Below are positions 7,512 to 16,626 of a stretch of DNA of 62,746 bases, in pieces. The DNA is taken from the IMG/VR virus record IMGVR_UViG_3300046311_000202, one strand, 5' to 3'. The translations under genes and the position numbers were made by a program. Below the pieces are notes generated by a model that searched no databases, had not been told where the DNA came from, and saw nothing but the letters and a program-made list of their open reading frames with translations. How positions within the stretch are numbered: the stretch's first letter is position 1; every line of letters starts with the position of its first letter. The stretch comes from a virus. Taxonomy: Duplodnaviria; Heunggongvirae; Uroviricota; Caudoviricetes.

Positions 7512-7722
7512 TGGGGGCTGTCCAGGTTCAGTTCTGTCCTTTGACCTCTCAAACAATATTACCCTGCCCCCAATTTTTATAGCTTTTCAAATATCCCCAG
7601 AGCTATAACTGTGCCGGCCTACGTTCCGGTGGGCTTCCTCGCCTATACGATAACTCCGAAGAGGTTTTTATTTCAATCGTATCAGTAATCCCCATCTTCG
7701 ATCCATACTGGTGCACCAGCAG
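7512..7722 (-). ncRNA. Candidate structured RNA upstream of the tRNA
   Basis: Series of hairpins including cUUCGg, GGC-GAGGAA-GCC, TTATAGCT/AGCTATAA and GGGGGC/GCCCCC; GC-richer than flanks; strand assumed from context. Confidence 0.4.
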
Positions 7723-7733
7723 AGGGCTTTTTC

Positions 7734-8063
7734 CTATAAGTATATCGAGTATATCTCTTTTAATACTTCTGTTTCTGGATCTATCACTCTACCTAATTGG
7801 CTCATAGCTGCTAGTTCAAAAGACACATCTGATTTTTGTTTTACCCAAAACTCTAGATCTACAGTAGAGTCTATAATAGCGTTTGTCTCTGGGTCTTTTA
7901 CTACTTTAAGTAGTACTGCTTTTACTTGTCTCATTTGGTTTTGATTTCCGTGATAATAAATTGTGTTTGGTGTTAGTGTTAGGCTTGAACCTAAAGTGTT
8001 ACAACTATTGGTGCTATAACCACTGATAGAAGTAGTACTTCCTGTTAATGATGATGAATTCAT
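7734..8063 (-). CDS. Hypothetical protein (likely start ATG 8063 rather than GTG 8099)
   Basis: A-rich leader TAAAAAATAAACATATC precedes ATG 8063. Confidence 0.65.
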   Translation of the reverse strand: MNSSSLTGSTTSISGYSTNSCNTLGSSLTLTPNTIYYHGNQNQMRQVKAVLLKVVKDPETNAIIDSTVDLEFWVKQKSDVSFELAAMSQLGRVIDPETEVLKEIYSIYL

Positions 8064-8082
8064 GATATGTTTATTTTTTAGA

Positions 8083-8170
8083 TTTGACCCTACAGCCACC
8101 TGTACCTTAACACCGCCTACGCCTTTTGGCTGGATTCAGAACTGCTGGGTATACCAACAGCGACAGGACT
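8083..8170 (-). ncRNA. Candidate structured cis-element / 5' leader
   Basis: CCTGT/ACAGG closing stem enclosing GCTG/CAGC and GCC-AAAA-GGC hairpins. Confidence 0.3.
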
Positions 8171-8197
8171 ATTAACTTGTGTTGTTTATAGGGGATT

Positions 8198-8458
8198 TTA
8201 GTAAGACATCAAAAGGTTTGTCTCGTGAGTTAATACTAATTTATGCTCCTCTGTCTCTTCTACCACCTCGGCAATAACACCATTAAACAGTACTTGACTA
8301 TTTAATAGGTTATGCAAAGATTCGTGACAGTCATCTGCTTTATCAACAAGGTATACTTTTGGTTTATCTTGCTCTTCACCGAATAACTCGGCTTCCTTTA
8401 ATACTTCTACTTTTAGTAGAACTCTTTGAAATAGTGGTTTCATATTATAGTCCGGCAC
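8198..8458 (-). CDS. groES: Divergent GroES-like co-chaperonin
   Basis: MKPLFQRVLLKV resembles the GroES N-terminus; ~86 aa; overlaps the groEL stop. Confidence 0.55.
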   Translation of the reverse strand: MPDYNMKPLFQRVLLKVEVLKEAELFGEEQDKPKVYLVDKADDCHESLHNLLNSQVLFNGVIAEVVEETEEHKLVLTHETNLLMSY

Positions 8459-9983
8459 TTGTGATTATACAATCTGTTTGTAGTACTAGTGAGGCTACTG
8501 AATTAGCATTCTCTAAAGAAACTTCTACTACTTTAGCTGAGTCAATAACTCCTCTTTCTAGTAAATTTTCTACTTTTCTAGTTTTGACATTGATACCTTT
8601 ACCGTAAACTCTAAGTCTAGGCTCGTATTTGTCTTTGTCTAACCCAGCATTCAACAAAATTTGCTCAAAAGGCTTCTGGATAGCTGCTTTCAACAACTCA
8701 TATCCATCTTTTTGGCCGCCTTTCAGCTTTTTCTTCATTTTGTACTTGGAAATATATAATAAAGTTGATCCTCCACCGGCAACAAATCCACCTTCTAGTG
8801 CAGATCGTACAGCACTAACAGCATCATCAATCCTATCTTTCTTTTCTTTAACTTCAAGATCGGTAACTCCACCAACTGTTACAATAGCCACGGCATTTCT
8901 CAAGTTTGACAACCTTTTTACCAGTTTAGCTTTGTCTACAACGTCTTCTGTGTTCTCAACTTGAGTTTTTAACACTTCAATTCTGTCTAAAAGCTCTTGG
9001 CTTCCGGTATCTGTAATTATAACTGTTCTACTTTTGTCTGAGATTGTTTTTGCAGCATGTCCTAGTACTACTTTTGTAGAGAACTTAGGCGTGAAAACTT
9101 CTCCTCCAGTAAATATTGCTAGGTCCTCTAAGATACTAGTTCTATTGGTTCCAAAATCTGGGTTCATAGTAACGGTAACTCTGAATGTACCTTGCATTTT
9201 ACTTTTGACAAGCATTGTCATAACACCTTCGTCTAAATCTTCAGCAAAAATGTGCAATCCTTTACCTTCTGTTTGGGCCTTTCTTACGTGTTCTGCAATA
9301 TCGTTTACTGCATTGATCTTACCATCGTAGATCAAGATATAAGTGTCATTAAGTTCTGCTGTTCCGGTACTTGTGTCAGATACAAAGTGTGGCAAAGCCC
9401 AACCTCTATCTAGTGACATACCTTCGATGTAATTAACTGTAGTGTCTTTTGCTACACCTTCTTGTACATCAACCGTTCCTTCTACGCCAATCTTCTTGTA
9501 TACGTCAGCTATAATTTCTCCTACTACGGCATCATTATTTGCAGAGATAGTAGCTATTTGCTTTACCTCTTTTTCACCAACCTCTTTCTTCAAGCCTTTC
9601 AGGGCAAGCTTTACATCTTCGATTGCAATAGCCATACCTTCTCTTAACTCTACGTGTGATACTCCGGATTCTAGTTTCTCTAAACCTCTGTTTATCAACT
9701 CTTGTGTGATAACCGTGGCTGTAGTTGTACCATCTCCTACTAAATCAACCGTTCTTCTTGCGGCTTCTTTGATCAACTTGGCACCAATCTCTTCGTAAGC
9801 ATCTTCTAGTAAGATACTCTCGGCTACTGTTACCCCATCTTTAGTAATGTGAGGTTTGAATCCCATTTTATTCTCGATAATAACTGTCTTACCTTCTGCC
9901 CCCATCGTTGTCTTGACTGCATCTGATACTACGTTAATACCCCTGATAAGAGATTCTTTTGCCTCTTTTCCTATTTTTAACAT
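8445..9983 (-). CDS. groEL: Phage chaperonin GroEL (Cpn60)
   Basis: ITKDGVTVA, VGDGTTTATV, GGGSTLL, VIDSAKV motifs; lacks the GGM tail. Confidence 0.95.
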   Translation of the reverse strand: MLKIGKEAKESLIRGINVVSDAVKTTMGAEGKTVIIENKMGFKPHITKDGVTVAESILLEDAYEEIGAKLIKEAARRTVDLVGDGTTTATVITQELINRGLEKLESGVSHVELREGMAIAIEDVKLALKGLKKEVGEKEVKQIATISANNDAVVGEIIADVYKKIGVEGTVDVQEGVAKDTTVNYIEGMSLDRGWALPHFVSDTSTGTAELNDTYILIYDGKINAVNDIAEHVRKAQTEGKGLHIFAEDLDEGVMTMLVKSKMQGTFRVTVTMNPDFGTNRTSILEDLAIFTGGEVFTPKFSTKVVLGHAAKTISDKSRTVIITDTGSQELLDRIEVLKTQVENTEDVVDKAKLVKRLSNLRNAVAIVTVGGVTDLEVKEKKDRIDDAVSAVRSALEGGFVAGGGSTLLYISKYKMKKKLKGGQKDGYELLKAAIQKPFEQILLNAGLDKDKYEPRLRVYGKGINVKTRKVENLLERGVIDSAKVVEVSLENANSVASLVLQTDCIITSAGL

Positions 9984-9995
9984 CTTGTTTACTTT

Positions 9996-10184
9996 TTATT
10001 TTTTGTAGAAACGCTCTGCTTCTTCTAGTAATCTTTGGTTTTCTTCCCAGATTTTTGTAAATCTAGCTTTGTCTTTTTCCCAATTTCCTGTAAGTTTAGG
10101 AAATAGCATTTTTAAATCCCCTGACTCTTTAAAAGAATTATACTGCTTCTGTATTTGACTCTCCTCGCTCATATATTTTTTCAT
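9996..10184 (-). CDS. Hypothetical protein (62 aa)
   Basis: Packed in operon. Confidence 0.6.
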   Translation of the reverse strand: MKKYMSEESQIQKQYNSFKESGDLKMLFPKLTGNWEKDKARFTKIWEENQRLLEEAERFYKK

Positions 10185-10446
10185 TTAAGTTATACAAAAG
10201 CGAATTGAAATCTGCAGCCTCTAACATATATAGGGGTTTTTCTATGCGGTATATAATTTTATCTTTTCCACCAAGATTGTTTTTAATCTTTGCAACAAAA
10301 GCATCATATTCTTCCAAAATGCCAGTATCCTTATTTACTGATTTCTCTTTTGAAAAAGAGAGGTACGTGCATACCTCTCCTAATTCTTTTTTAACTATAG
10401 ATAAGCTCTTCTTTAAGTAAGAAGAAAGTTCCTCTTCGTTATTCAT
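10138..10446 (-). CDS. Hypothetical protein (102 aa)
   Basis: Packed in operon. Confidence 0.6.
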   Translation of the reverse strand: MNNEEELSSYLKKSLSIVKKELGEVCTYLSFSKEKSVNKDTGILEEYDAFVAKIKNNLGGKDKIIYRIEKPLYMLEAADFNSLLYNLNEKIYERGESNTEAV

Positions 10447-10451
10447 AGCTG

Positions 10452-10850
10452 TTATTTTTTTGAAGCAGCTTCTAACTCCTCTTTAGTTTTAGCAATACCA
10501 GCCTCTACACTTCTTGTATGAATAGCCATGATAAGTTCTTGACCTTCAACCATATCTGGTGTAAGTTTGGTAGAATACTGAAATCTAACATTACGAGGGT
10601 TAAATGTAGCCTCTCTGTCTGTAACAGTTACTACTTTACCTGAAGTTAAGTCTTCATCAGAAGGGGATTCTACTATTGAAGAGTCTTCTGTGTTTATAAA
10701 TCTTAATACTTCTGGCATATAGCTCTCAGATGTAGCGTTAATACCGTGTTCAACAGCCGCTTTCAACATCATGAACTCTCTAGCAGAAATTGTAATCTGC
10801 TCATCTCCAAAGTAACCGTAGTTCATTGGGTTTTTTTCTTCTACTACCAT
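10452..10850 (-). CDS. Hypothetical protein (132 aa)
   Basis: Packed in operon. Confidence 0.7.
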   Translation of the reverse strand: MVVEEKNPMNYGYFGDEQITISAREFMMLKAAVEHGINATSESYMPEVLRFINTEDSSIVESPSDEDLTSGKVVTVTDREATFNPRNVRFQYSTKLTPDMVEGQELIMAIHTRSVEAGIAKTKEELEAASKK

Positions 10851-10854
10851 AATA

Positions 10855-11121
10855 TTACTCTGCTTTTTGGTCTTCTAATTCTACTTCTGTGTACTCACCA
10901 GTCTCAATGCTGATGTTTACTTTACCGTATGCTGTTTCCAACTCTTTTTGGAATTCTACAAAAGCTTCGTTTTTAGCTTTTACTTGAGATAAGATACTTT
11001 CCTTATCCGCCTCGTATCTAAGAGTAACTTCTCCTAGGATTGTTTTTGCATTTGTAAAGAATCCTGTAAATTCTTTTAATGATACTAAATGCTCTTCTGA
11101 AATCTTGTTTTGATCTGACAT
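10855..11121 (-). CDS. Hypothetical helical protein (88 aa)
   Basis: Packed in operon; ends YGKVNISIETGEY. Confidence 0.7.
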   Translation of the reverse strand: MSDQNKISEEHLVSLKEFTGFFTNAKTILGEVTLRYEADKESILSQVKAKNEAFVEFQKELETAYGKVNISIETGEYTEVELEDQKAE

Positions 11122-11150
11122 GTTATAAAATTTGTTGTTTATTATTAATA

Positions 11151-11882
11151 TTAAAAAGGTAAATCATCATCTTCCTCATCTGCGATATTTGGCATATCTG
11201 TCGGACTAGCGAAAGCCTCTTGTGGCGTAGCTACTGGAACATTCTCTTGTTCCGGAGCTTCGTCATTGGATTGGTCCGTGTTCTCCTTTTTCCAAGTTAG
11301 TCTCTTTTCTTCTTTTTCTAACAGCTCTAACAAGTATGCATCTTTTAATTCAAGAGATGCTGCAGAAGGTTTCTTTTTACCTAATTTCTCAACCCACACA
11401 ATTGGTGGTACATCTCCAGGAACTAACTCTCCATTTTTGTAATAACTGTTTGTGATAGTAGACTTCAATTTTTCACCGCTAACTTTTAAACTGAATCCAA
11501 TTTTTGAATATGGACTATCTTCTGGTTTAAAGTTATACCCTTGAACAGTTAGATTTTGACCTTTCTCTAAAAGAGGTAACAATTTGATCAAGCTTTCTGC
11601 ATACGTGTTATCTACTTGCCCTTTTTGGTCATAGATAGATACTGGTAAGTAGTAAACTTCGTCTCCGTCTTTTAAACTGATAGAAATCTGCTGTCCGTAT
11701 TTACCATCATAAATAGACACAGAGTCTAGCACACCGGTAACACCTTCATTGTAATACTTTCTGTAACTTTCGTTACCTTTTGTGGACATGTGTTTGTCAT
11801 ATCCATCTTTAGGCTCTTTTGAATAGTCAAAAAACTTTCCTGAACCAAACTCTAACTGCAAATAATTTTTACTTAACGCCAT
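11151..11882 (-). CDS. Putative single-stranded DNA-binding protein
   Basis: Acidic flexible C-tail ending DEEDDDLPF; beta-rich N-terminal domain; near recA and the helicase. Confidence 0.6.
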   Translation of the reverse strand: MALSKNYLQLEFGSGKFFDYSKEPKDGYDKHMSTKGNESYRKYYNEGVTGVLDSVSIYDGKYGQQISISLKDGDEVYYLPVSIYDQKGQVDNTYAESLIKLLPLLEKGQNLTVQGYNFKPEDSPYSKIGFSLKVSGEKLKSTITNSYYKNGELVPGDVPPIVWVEKLGKKKPSAASLELKDAYLLELLEKEEKRLTWKKENTDQSNDEAPEQENVPVATPQEAFASPTDMPNIADEEDDDLPF

Positions 11883-11894
11883 ACTTTACTTTTT

Positions 11895-12272
11895 TTATCT
11901 TAACTTATTAATTCTTAATTCAATCTCTTCTACTGATTCTTTTACTGAGGCACTATAATCCATATCTACATAGATTGTTGAACCTCCTTTTTCATCGGCC
12001 ACAAAAAACACTAGGTTTTCTACTTTAAATCGTGCCGGGCTTTCTACTACATCAAAGTCTTCATCCTTGATATCAAAAACCTGAGTTTCTTCTTCCTGAT
12101 CAAACTCTTCGGGTGGCTCTATTCCAAGATCTCTATAGAATTCGGCATCTCTACCGTAATCGTCCTTAGACTTGCTTGTATTAACTCCTCCTAAAAAGGT
12201 TTTCTTAATGTTATCATTTACTTCTTTCTTAAGCTTGTAGGTGATAACGGTCAATGCTACAAATTCACTCAT
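11895..12272 (-). CDS. Hypothetical protein (125 aa)
   Basis: Packed in operon. Confidence 0.7.
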   Translation of the reverse strand: MSEFVALTVITYKLKKEVNDNIKKTFLGGVNTSKSKDDYGRDAEFYRDLGIEPPEEFDQEEETQVFDIKDEDFDVVESPARFKVENLVFFVADEKGGSTIYVDMDYSASVKESVEEIELRINKLR

Positions 12273-12403
12273 TCTTTTTCTTTTTGTGTTATGAAAACAT
12301 CATTGTCAACAACTTTTACAGTTGTCTCTTTATCCCAATCGACATTTTCCTTTTCTACTTCTTTTCCGTTAAGAAAATAAGTGAATTCTACTTCTTTACT
12401 CAT
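12269..12403 (-). CDS. Small hypothetical protein (44 aa, not in ORF track)
   Basis: MSKEVEFTYFLNGKEVEKEN...; directly after the promoter; ATGA overlap with the next gene. Confidence 0.6.
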   Translation of the reverse strand: MSKEVEFTYFLNGKEVEKENVDWDKETTVKVVDNDVFITQKEKE

Positions 12404-12423
12404 AGTATTTCTTAATTTCTATG

Positions 12424-12455
12424 CAAAGGTACAAAAAATATTTTAAACTACCAAA
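12424..12455 (-). promoter_or_regulatory. Promoter TTTG-N20-TACCTTTG
   Basis: 20-nt block CAAAGGTACAAAAAATATTT is identical to 14634-14653. Confidence 0.75.
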
Positions 12456-12472
12456 TTTTTTATAAAAATAAT

Positions 12473-13159
12473 TTATTTTTTATTGTGTTCGTAGTTTAAT
12501 ATCTTTGAAATTAACTCTGATCTGTGGTTAGACTTAAGCTTGTGCCAACTTATTTCTGCAATAGCTTTTGACAAGTCTATAGCATAATGTAAACCGGTAT
12601 AACTCTCTTTTATATCACTCTGCTCATTATCTCCATTGATAATAATTTTACCCCCCTTACCTAGCCTGGTTAAAATAGCTAGCATTTCGTGCTTTGTTAA
12701 GTTCTGAGCTTCCTCTACAACAAGCACTTGGCCTTGGTCAATGGTCTTACCTCTAATGTACTGAACAGGTAACCCTTGTATTTGACCATCCTTTATATGC
12801 TTATCTACTTTATCCTTATCGTAGCACTTATAAAGGTTATCTCTAAAGGCTTCTATGTATGGATCAAACTTTGAGTCTAATTCTCCAGGTAAAAATCCAA
12901 GGGACTTACCAACCTCAACTGCAGCTCTCGTTACAAAAACTTGGGTAACTTCTTTTTTGAATATTAAGTCTAATACAGACTGGGCTGTTACTAAAGACTT
13001 ACCTGATCCAGCATAGCCTGTTATAACTATAAGCTCGCTATTGTAAATAGATTCTTTTACTCTTTTTTGATCCTCGTCAAGAGTTATCTTGTATTTAATA
13101 TCATTCTTCAAAGCCCTCGTTGGTTTTACTGGAACTCTTTTTTCCCTTGCTGTTTGCAT
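12473..13159 (-). CDS. phoH: PhoH-like ATPase
   Basis: GYAGSGKS Walker A, ITRAAVE, LGFLPG, YIRGKT, EEAQN, GDNEQSD. Confidence 0.92.
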   Translation of the reverse strand: MQTAREKRVPVKPTRALKNDIKYKITLDEDQKRVKESIYNSELIVITGYAGSGKSLVTAQSVLDLIFKKEVTQVFVTRAAVEVGKSLGFLPGELDSKFDPYIEAFRDNLYKCYDKDKVDKHIKDGQIQGLPVQYIRGKTIDQGQVLVVEEAQNLTKHEMLAILTRLGKGGKIIINGDNEQSDIKESYTGLHYAIDLSKAIAEISWHKLKSNHRSELISKILNYEHNKK

Positions 13160-13163
13160 AGTG

Positions 13164-13625
13164 TTATATTATTTTTTTACCAAATCTTCTAATCGAAACT
13201 CCGTCATTCAAAAACCTACAATCTTCTAAGGCCCCGGAGCAAATAATCTCTTTTGCTTCTTGATATGTTAAGTCATAGTCGTTAGTACAAAAAGTTAGAA
13301 TCTCTCTTGAGATATCGAACTGAGAACTATTCGCTTTTATGAACTTATTACTAGAAACATACTTTTTCCAATCGGATTCCTTTATAACGTACTCGTAAGA
13401 TTTTTTTCTTTTGTCGTTTAAGGCAGCTGTTTCTTTTTTACCAAACACTCTTTTCCTTTTTGTGTACACATTCTTTTTCCCAATGTACTCAAACTCTACA
13501 GTTCGTGTTCCTTTTTTATATAACGTTAGCTTGTAAACAAAGCCCCATACTTTGGGGCAATGTTTTTGCATATCTGGCAGACTATTGATGTCGTGACCAT
13601 TATGTATCCAATTAAATACTGACAT
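13164..13625 (-). CDS. GIY-YIG-like nuclease (putative)
   Basis: WGFVYKL...EYIGKK motif pair. Confidence 0.5.
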   Translation of the reverse strand: MSVFNWIHNGHDINSLPDMQKHCPKVWGFVYKLTLYKKGTRTVEFEYIGKKNVYTKRKRVFGKKETAALNDKRKKSYEYVIKESDWKKYVSSNKFIKANSSQFDISREILTFCTNDYDLTYQEAKEIICSGALEDCRFLNDGVSIRRFGKKII

Positions 13626-13627
13626 AT

Positions 13628-14611
13628 CTAGATATTAAAGTGTTCTCTAATCTTAGCCTCTATCTCCTCAGAAAGTTCTGGATTATCCTTTAGCAATTGC
13701 TTAACGTTTCCTCCACCTTGTCCTAACTTAGTTTCTCCGTAGTTAAACCAAGATCCTTTCTTCTCAATTATTCCAAGATTTTCTCCAATAGCTAAAATCT
13801 CACTAGATCTATCAATACCTTCTCCAAAAACTATATCAAAAGTGGTTAATTGGAAAGGCGGTGCTAACTTATTCTTAATAGTCTTTACCTTAACGTGGCT
13901 ATTGATAACATTTCCGGCATCATCTTTATCTCCAGCACTCTTTCTAATATCAATCCTAGTTGATGCGTAAAACTTAAGTGCTTCTCCTCCTGGAACTGTC
14001 TCTGGGCTACCAAACATAACTCCAATCTTCATTCTTATCTGATTTGTCCACAAAAGTACAGTGTTTGTTTTATTAACAACTCCTGTAAGCTTTCTACAAG
14101 CTTGTGACATCAATCGAGCATGTAATCCCATTTTAGAATCCCCCATCTCGCCTTCAATCTCTGCTTTTGGTGTAAGTGCCGCAACTGAATCAATCACACA
14201 AACTGAAATTTTACCTGATGCTATCAAAGCTTCTGCAATTTCTAACGCTTGTTCTCCACTATCTGGCTGTGATATGATTACTTGTGACATATCTAATCCA
14301 AGGTGTTCAGCGTAGTTTCTATCAAATGCGTGCTCTGCATCTATAAAGGCAACTCTTTTATTTGGGTTATCCCTCTGTGCTTGTATCATTGTATGGATAC
14401 AAAGGGTTGTTTTTCCAGAACTTTCTGGCCCAAATATCTCAACCATTCTACCTCTTCCCCAACCACCACCGGTGATTATATCAACCCCTAGGGATCCAGT
14501 GCTTTGCCGTTCTGTTTGAATAACAGTATCTCCAACAATAACAGCACCTTTTCCAAATCTTTTATCCATGCTAGATAATACATCTAATAACGGATCTTTT
14601 TCTTCTGCCAT
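13628..14611 (-). CDS. recA: RecA recombinase
   Basis: GPESSGKTT, FIDAEHA, VIDSVAAL, NQIRMKIGVMFG, GGEALKFY; no intein. Confidence 0.97.
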   Translation of the reverse strand: MAEEKDPLLDVLSSMDKRFGKGAVIVGDTVIQTERQSTGSLGVDIITGGGWGRGRMVEIFGPESSGKTTLCIHTMIQAQRDNPNKRVAFIDAEHAFDRNYAEHLGLDMSQVIISQPDSGEQALEIAEALIASGKISVCVIDSVAALTPKAEIEGEMGDSKMGLHARLMSQACRKLTGVVNKTNTVLLWTNQIRMKIGVMFGSPETVPGGEALKFYASTRIDIRKSAGDKDDAGNVINSHVKVKTIKNKLAPPFQLTTFDIVFGEGIDRSSEILAIGENLGIIEKKGSWFNYGETKLGQGGGNVKQLLKDNPELSEEIEAKIREHFNI

Positions 14612-14633
14612 ACTTTACTTTTTAAATTTTTTA

Positions 14634-14665
14634 CAAAGGTACAAAAAATATTTATTATATGCAAA
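14634..14665 (-). promoter_or_regulatory. Promoter TTTG-N20-TACCTTTG (recA)
   Basis: Canonical boxes and spacing. Confidence 0.75.
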
Positions 14666-14668
14666 TAT

Positions 14669-16054
14669 TTATGATAAATTTAACAACTTTGCTATATCAT
14701 TTTTTAACCATTTTTGATTAGGGTAGAATGTGAACTTTTCGTACATCCAAACTAGGTAACCTTTATCCTTTTTTAGGACATCTGATAAAGCCATATCTTT
14801 GTATTTTCCAAAAGGCATAATGTTAACTCCTGGATTACTCACTGCTACAGCTATATTTTTATTATGCTTGTTTAAAAGATTAGTTTTTGTTGGTCTATGC
14901 TTTGCTTCTATAGGATAATTACTTATTAAGTCTTCTCCTCTAAATAAACCCCATCCATAACCTTCTAAATAGTCAATTGTAAAATCCTCTACTTTACCAA
15001 ACCTTTTGTAGTTCTCACTTAGATCTATAACAACAGTTTTATTTTTGTTATCGTGTATACGTACACCACGACCTACCATTTGGTAGTATAATGCAAAAGA
15101 CATCGTAGACCTTGCTAGAATAATAGTCTCTAATTCTGGATAATCAAAACCTGTTGTCAAAATACCAACGTTTATTACAACTGATATACTTCTATCCTTA
15201 AATCCTGATATAATTTCGTCTCTTTCTTTTTTTGGTGTTAAAGAACTTACAGATCTAGATCCTTTTATTTTAGTAGACAAATCGTCTGCTTCTGAGATAC
15301 TAGGCACAAAGATAAGTATTGACCTAGAGCCTTCACTAAGGCAGTACTCAACATTATCTATAATTTGAGATTGTACATCATTATTCTGATAGAAGCTTTG
15401 CATACTATCTTCTGTGTAGTCTGATCCGGAAGAGTTTATTTTTAAAAAGGTGTCGTCTTGCTCCACAATTCTATACTCTAAAGGTGTCCAATAGCTGTTT
15501 TTTAGCATGCTGTTTATTTGACTAACATAGCAAATGTTTGTGAAAAGCTTATGTTGAATCTTGGTTAGCATTTTTAACTCTGCTCCATTCATAGAGCTAG
15601 CTAGTATAAAAGGGGTGGCCGTAAGTCCTATTACGTTCTTAATGCCTAGGTTATTCAAAAACACACGTAGTTGAGACCCTCCTTTAACTCCTATATGAGC
15701 TTCGTCTATAATTATTTTGGTAACTTTGAGTCTTTTTAGCTCGTTAACTGCTTTCTTTATAGAACCTATTGTCGCAAATGTTACGTGGCCTATTTCTTTT
15801 TGACCTGCAGATGCCGAGTAAATAGAGGCTTGGCCGCCAACGTTAATAAACTTTTGGTGGTTCTGTTCAAGCAACTCTTTTGAGGGCTGTAGCACAACAA
15901 TAGGTTCACCTAGTTGCTTTACTATTTCAGCAATAACAATAGATTTACCTGCACCTGTAGGTAATACTAATAACTCACGTCTTGGTTTTTCACTATTAAG
16001 TACCTCTAATCCCTTTACTACAGAAATACTTTGGTAATCTCTTAACTTATACAT
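14669..16054 (-). CDS. SF2 DEAH-box helicase (YejH/RadD/UvsW-like)
   Basis: LPTGAGKS, IIDEAH, GLTATP, LTTGFDYP, QMVGRGVR; C-terminal MPFGKYK domain. Confidence 0.9.
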   Translation of the reverse strand: MYKLRDYQSISVVKGLEVLNSEKPRRELLVLPTGAGKSIVIAEIVKQLGEPIVVLQPSKELLEQNHQKFINVGGQASIYSASAGQKEIGHVTFATIGSIKKAVNELKRLKVTKIIIDEAHIGVKGGSQLRVFLNNLGIKNVIGLTATPFILASSMNGAELKMLTKIQHKLFTNICYVSQINSMLKNSYWTPLEYRIVEQDDTFLKINSSGSDYTEDSMQSFYQNNDVQSQIIDNVEYCLSEGSRSILIFVPSISEADDLSTKIKGSRSVSSLTPKKERDEIISGFKDRSISVVINVGILTTGFDYPELETIILARSTMSFALYYQMVGRGVRIHDNKNKTVVIDLSENYKRFGKVEDFTIDYLEGYGWGLFRGEDLISNYPIEAKHRPTKTNLLNKHNKNIAVAVSNPGVNIMPFGKYKDMALSDVLKKDKGYLVWMYEKFTFYPNQKWLKNDIAKLLNLS

Positions 16055-16068
16055 ACTTATATTTTTTG

Positions 16069-16099
16069 CAAAGTTACAAATAATATATGAGACTACAAA
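16069..16099 (-). promoter_or_regulatory. Promoter TTTG-N19-TAACTTTG (helicase)
   Basis: Canonical boxes. Confidence 0.7.
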
Positions 16100-16264
16100 A
16101 TAATATACTAATTATTTTTACGGTTTTTTAGTTATTACTGTAATTTTTTTACAGTAATTTTTAAAGTCTGTACTAATTTCAACTGTAAAACCCACGCTAT
16201 GGATATTCTTAAGTGTTAAAACACCCCCTTACCCCCTCTTAAAAATTTATAAGAGAAGATAAAG

Positions 16265-16510
16265 AGTCCAGCAGCGGAAAAACACCGAATCCAAAGACCT
16301 GCTGTAAGTTTTTTTGATTTACCACTGGAATCCTTATTGATTATTCGATGAAGTATTTTATTTATTCATCTACATACGTGGTATTGGCTAGAACCTTAAC
16401 TAGCCATCCTCTGGCGGTCTCCATTACAAACAGTAATGTCCTCTTCCATTGAGCATTGGTATTTCTACCTCAGCGTGAATCTTTTCAGATAGCCACACGC
16501 CATTATAATT
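16265..16510 (-). ncRNA. Candidate structured ncRNA (~245 nt)
   Basis: Own -7 box (16518-16525), two GAAA-tetraloop hairpins and five further stems, no long ORF. Confidence 0.5.
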
Positions 16511-16626
16511 ATTTTTGCAAAGTTACAACTAATATTTCAATAAAAAAAATAAAATGTCAAAAACTTTTTGCAAAGGTAAAAATAATAATTCTATTTTCCA
16601 AATTTGTTAATTATTTTTTTAACTTA

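Noticed and set aside
7512-7572. TPP riboswitch (UGAGA and GAACCUG pieces) or tmRNA 5' end
   Set aside because: Downstream TPP core (GAU...UAAU...GCG.AGG) is absent; no tmRNA 3' T-arm/CCA or tag reading frame
7590-7690. HDV-like/theta ribozyme, RNase P or cobalamin riboswitch motifs (TTCCTCGC, GAGGAAGCCC, CTGCCCCC...AACTGT)
   Set aside because: Only isolated sub-motifs match; the required P1/P1.1/P2 or P4 partner strands could not be found
8629-9798. Antisense ORFs opposite groEL, and similar shadow ORFs opposite other long genes (e.g. 24706-25398, 48426-49193, 59404-59871)
   Set aside because: Ser/Phe- or Val-rich mirror translations of biased sense-strand codons, without promoters or leaders
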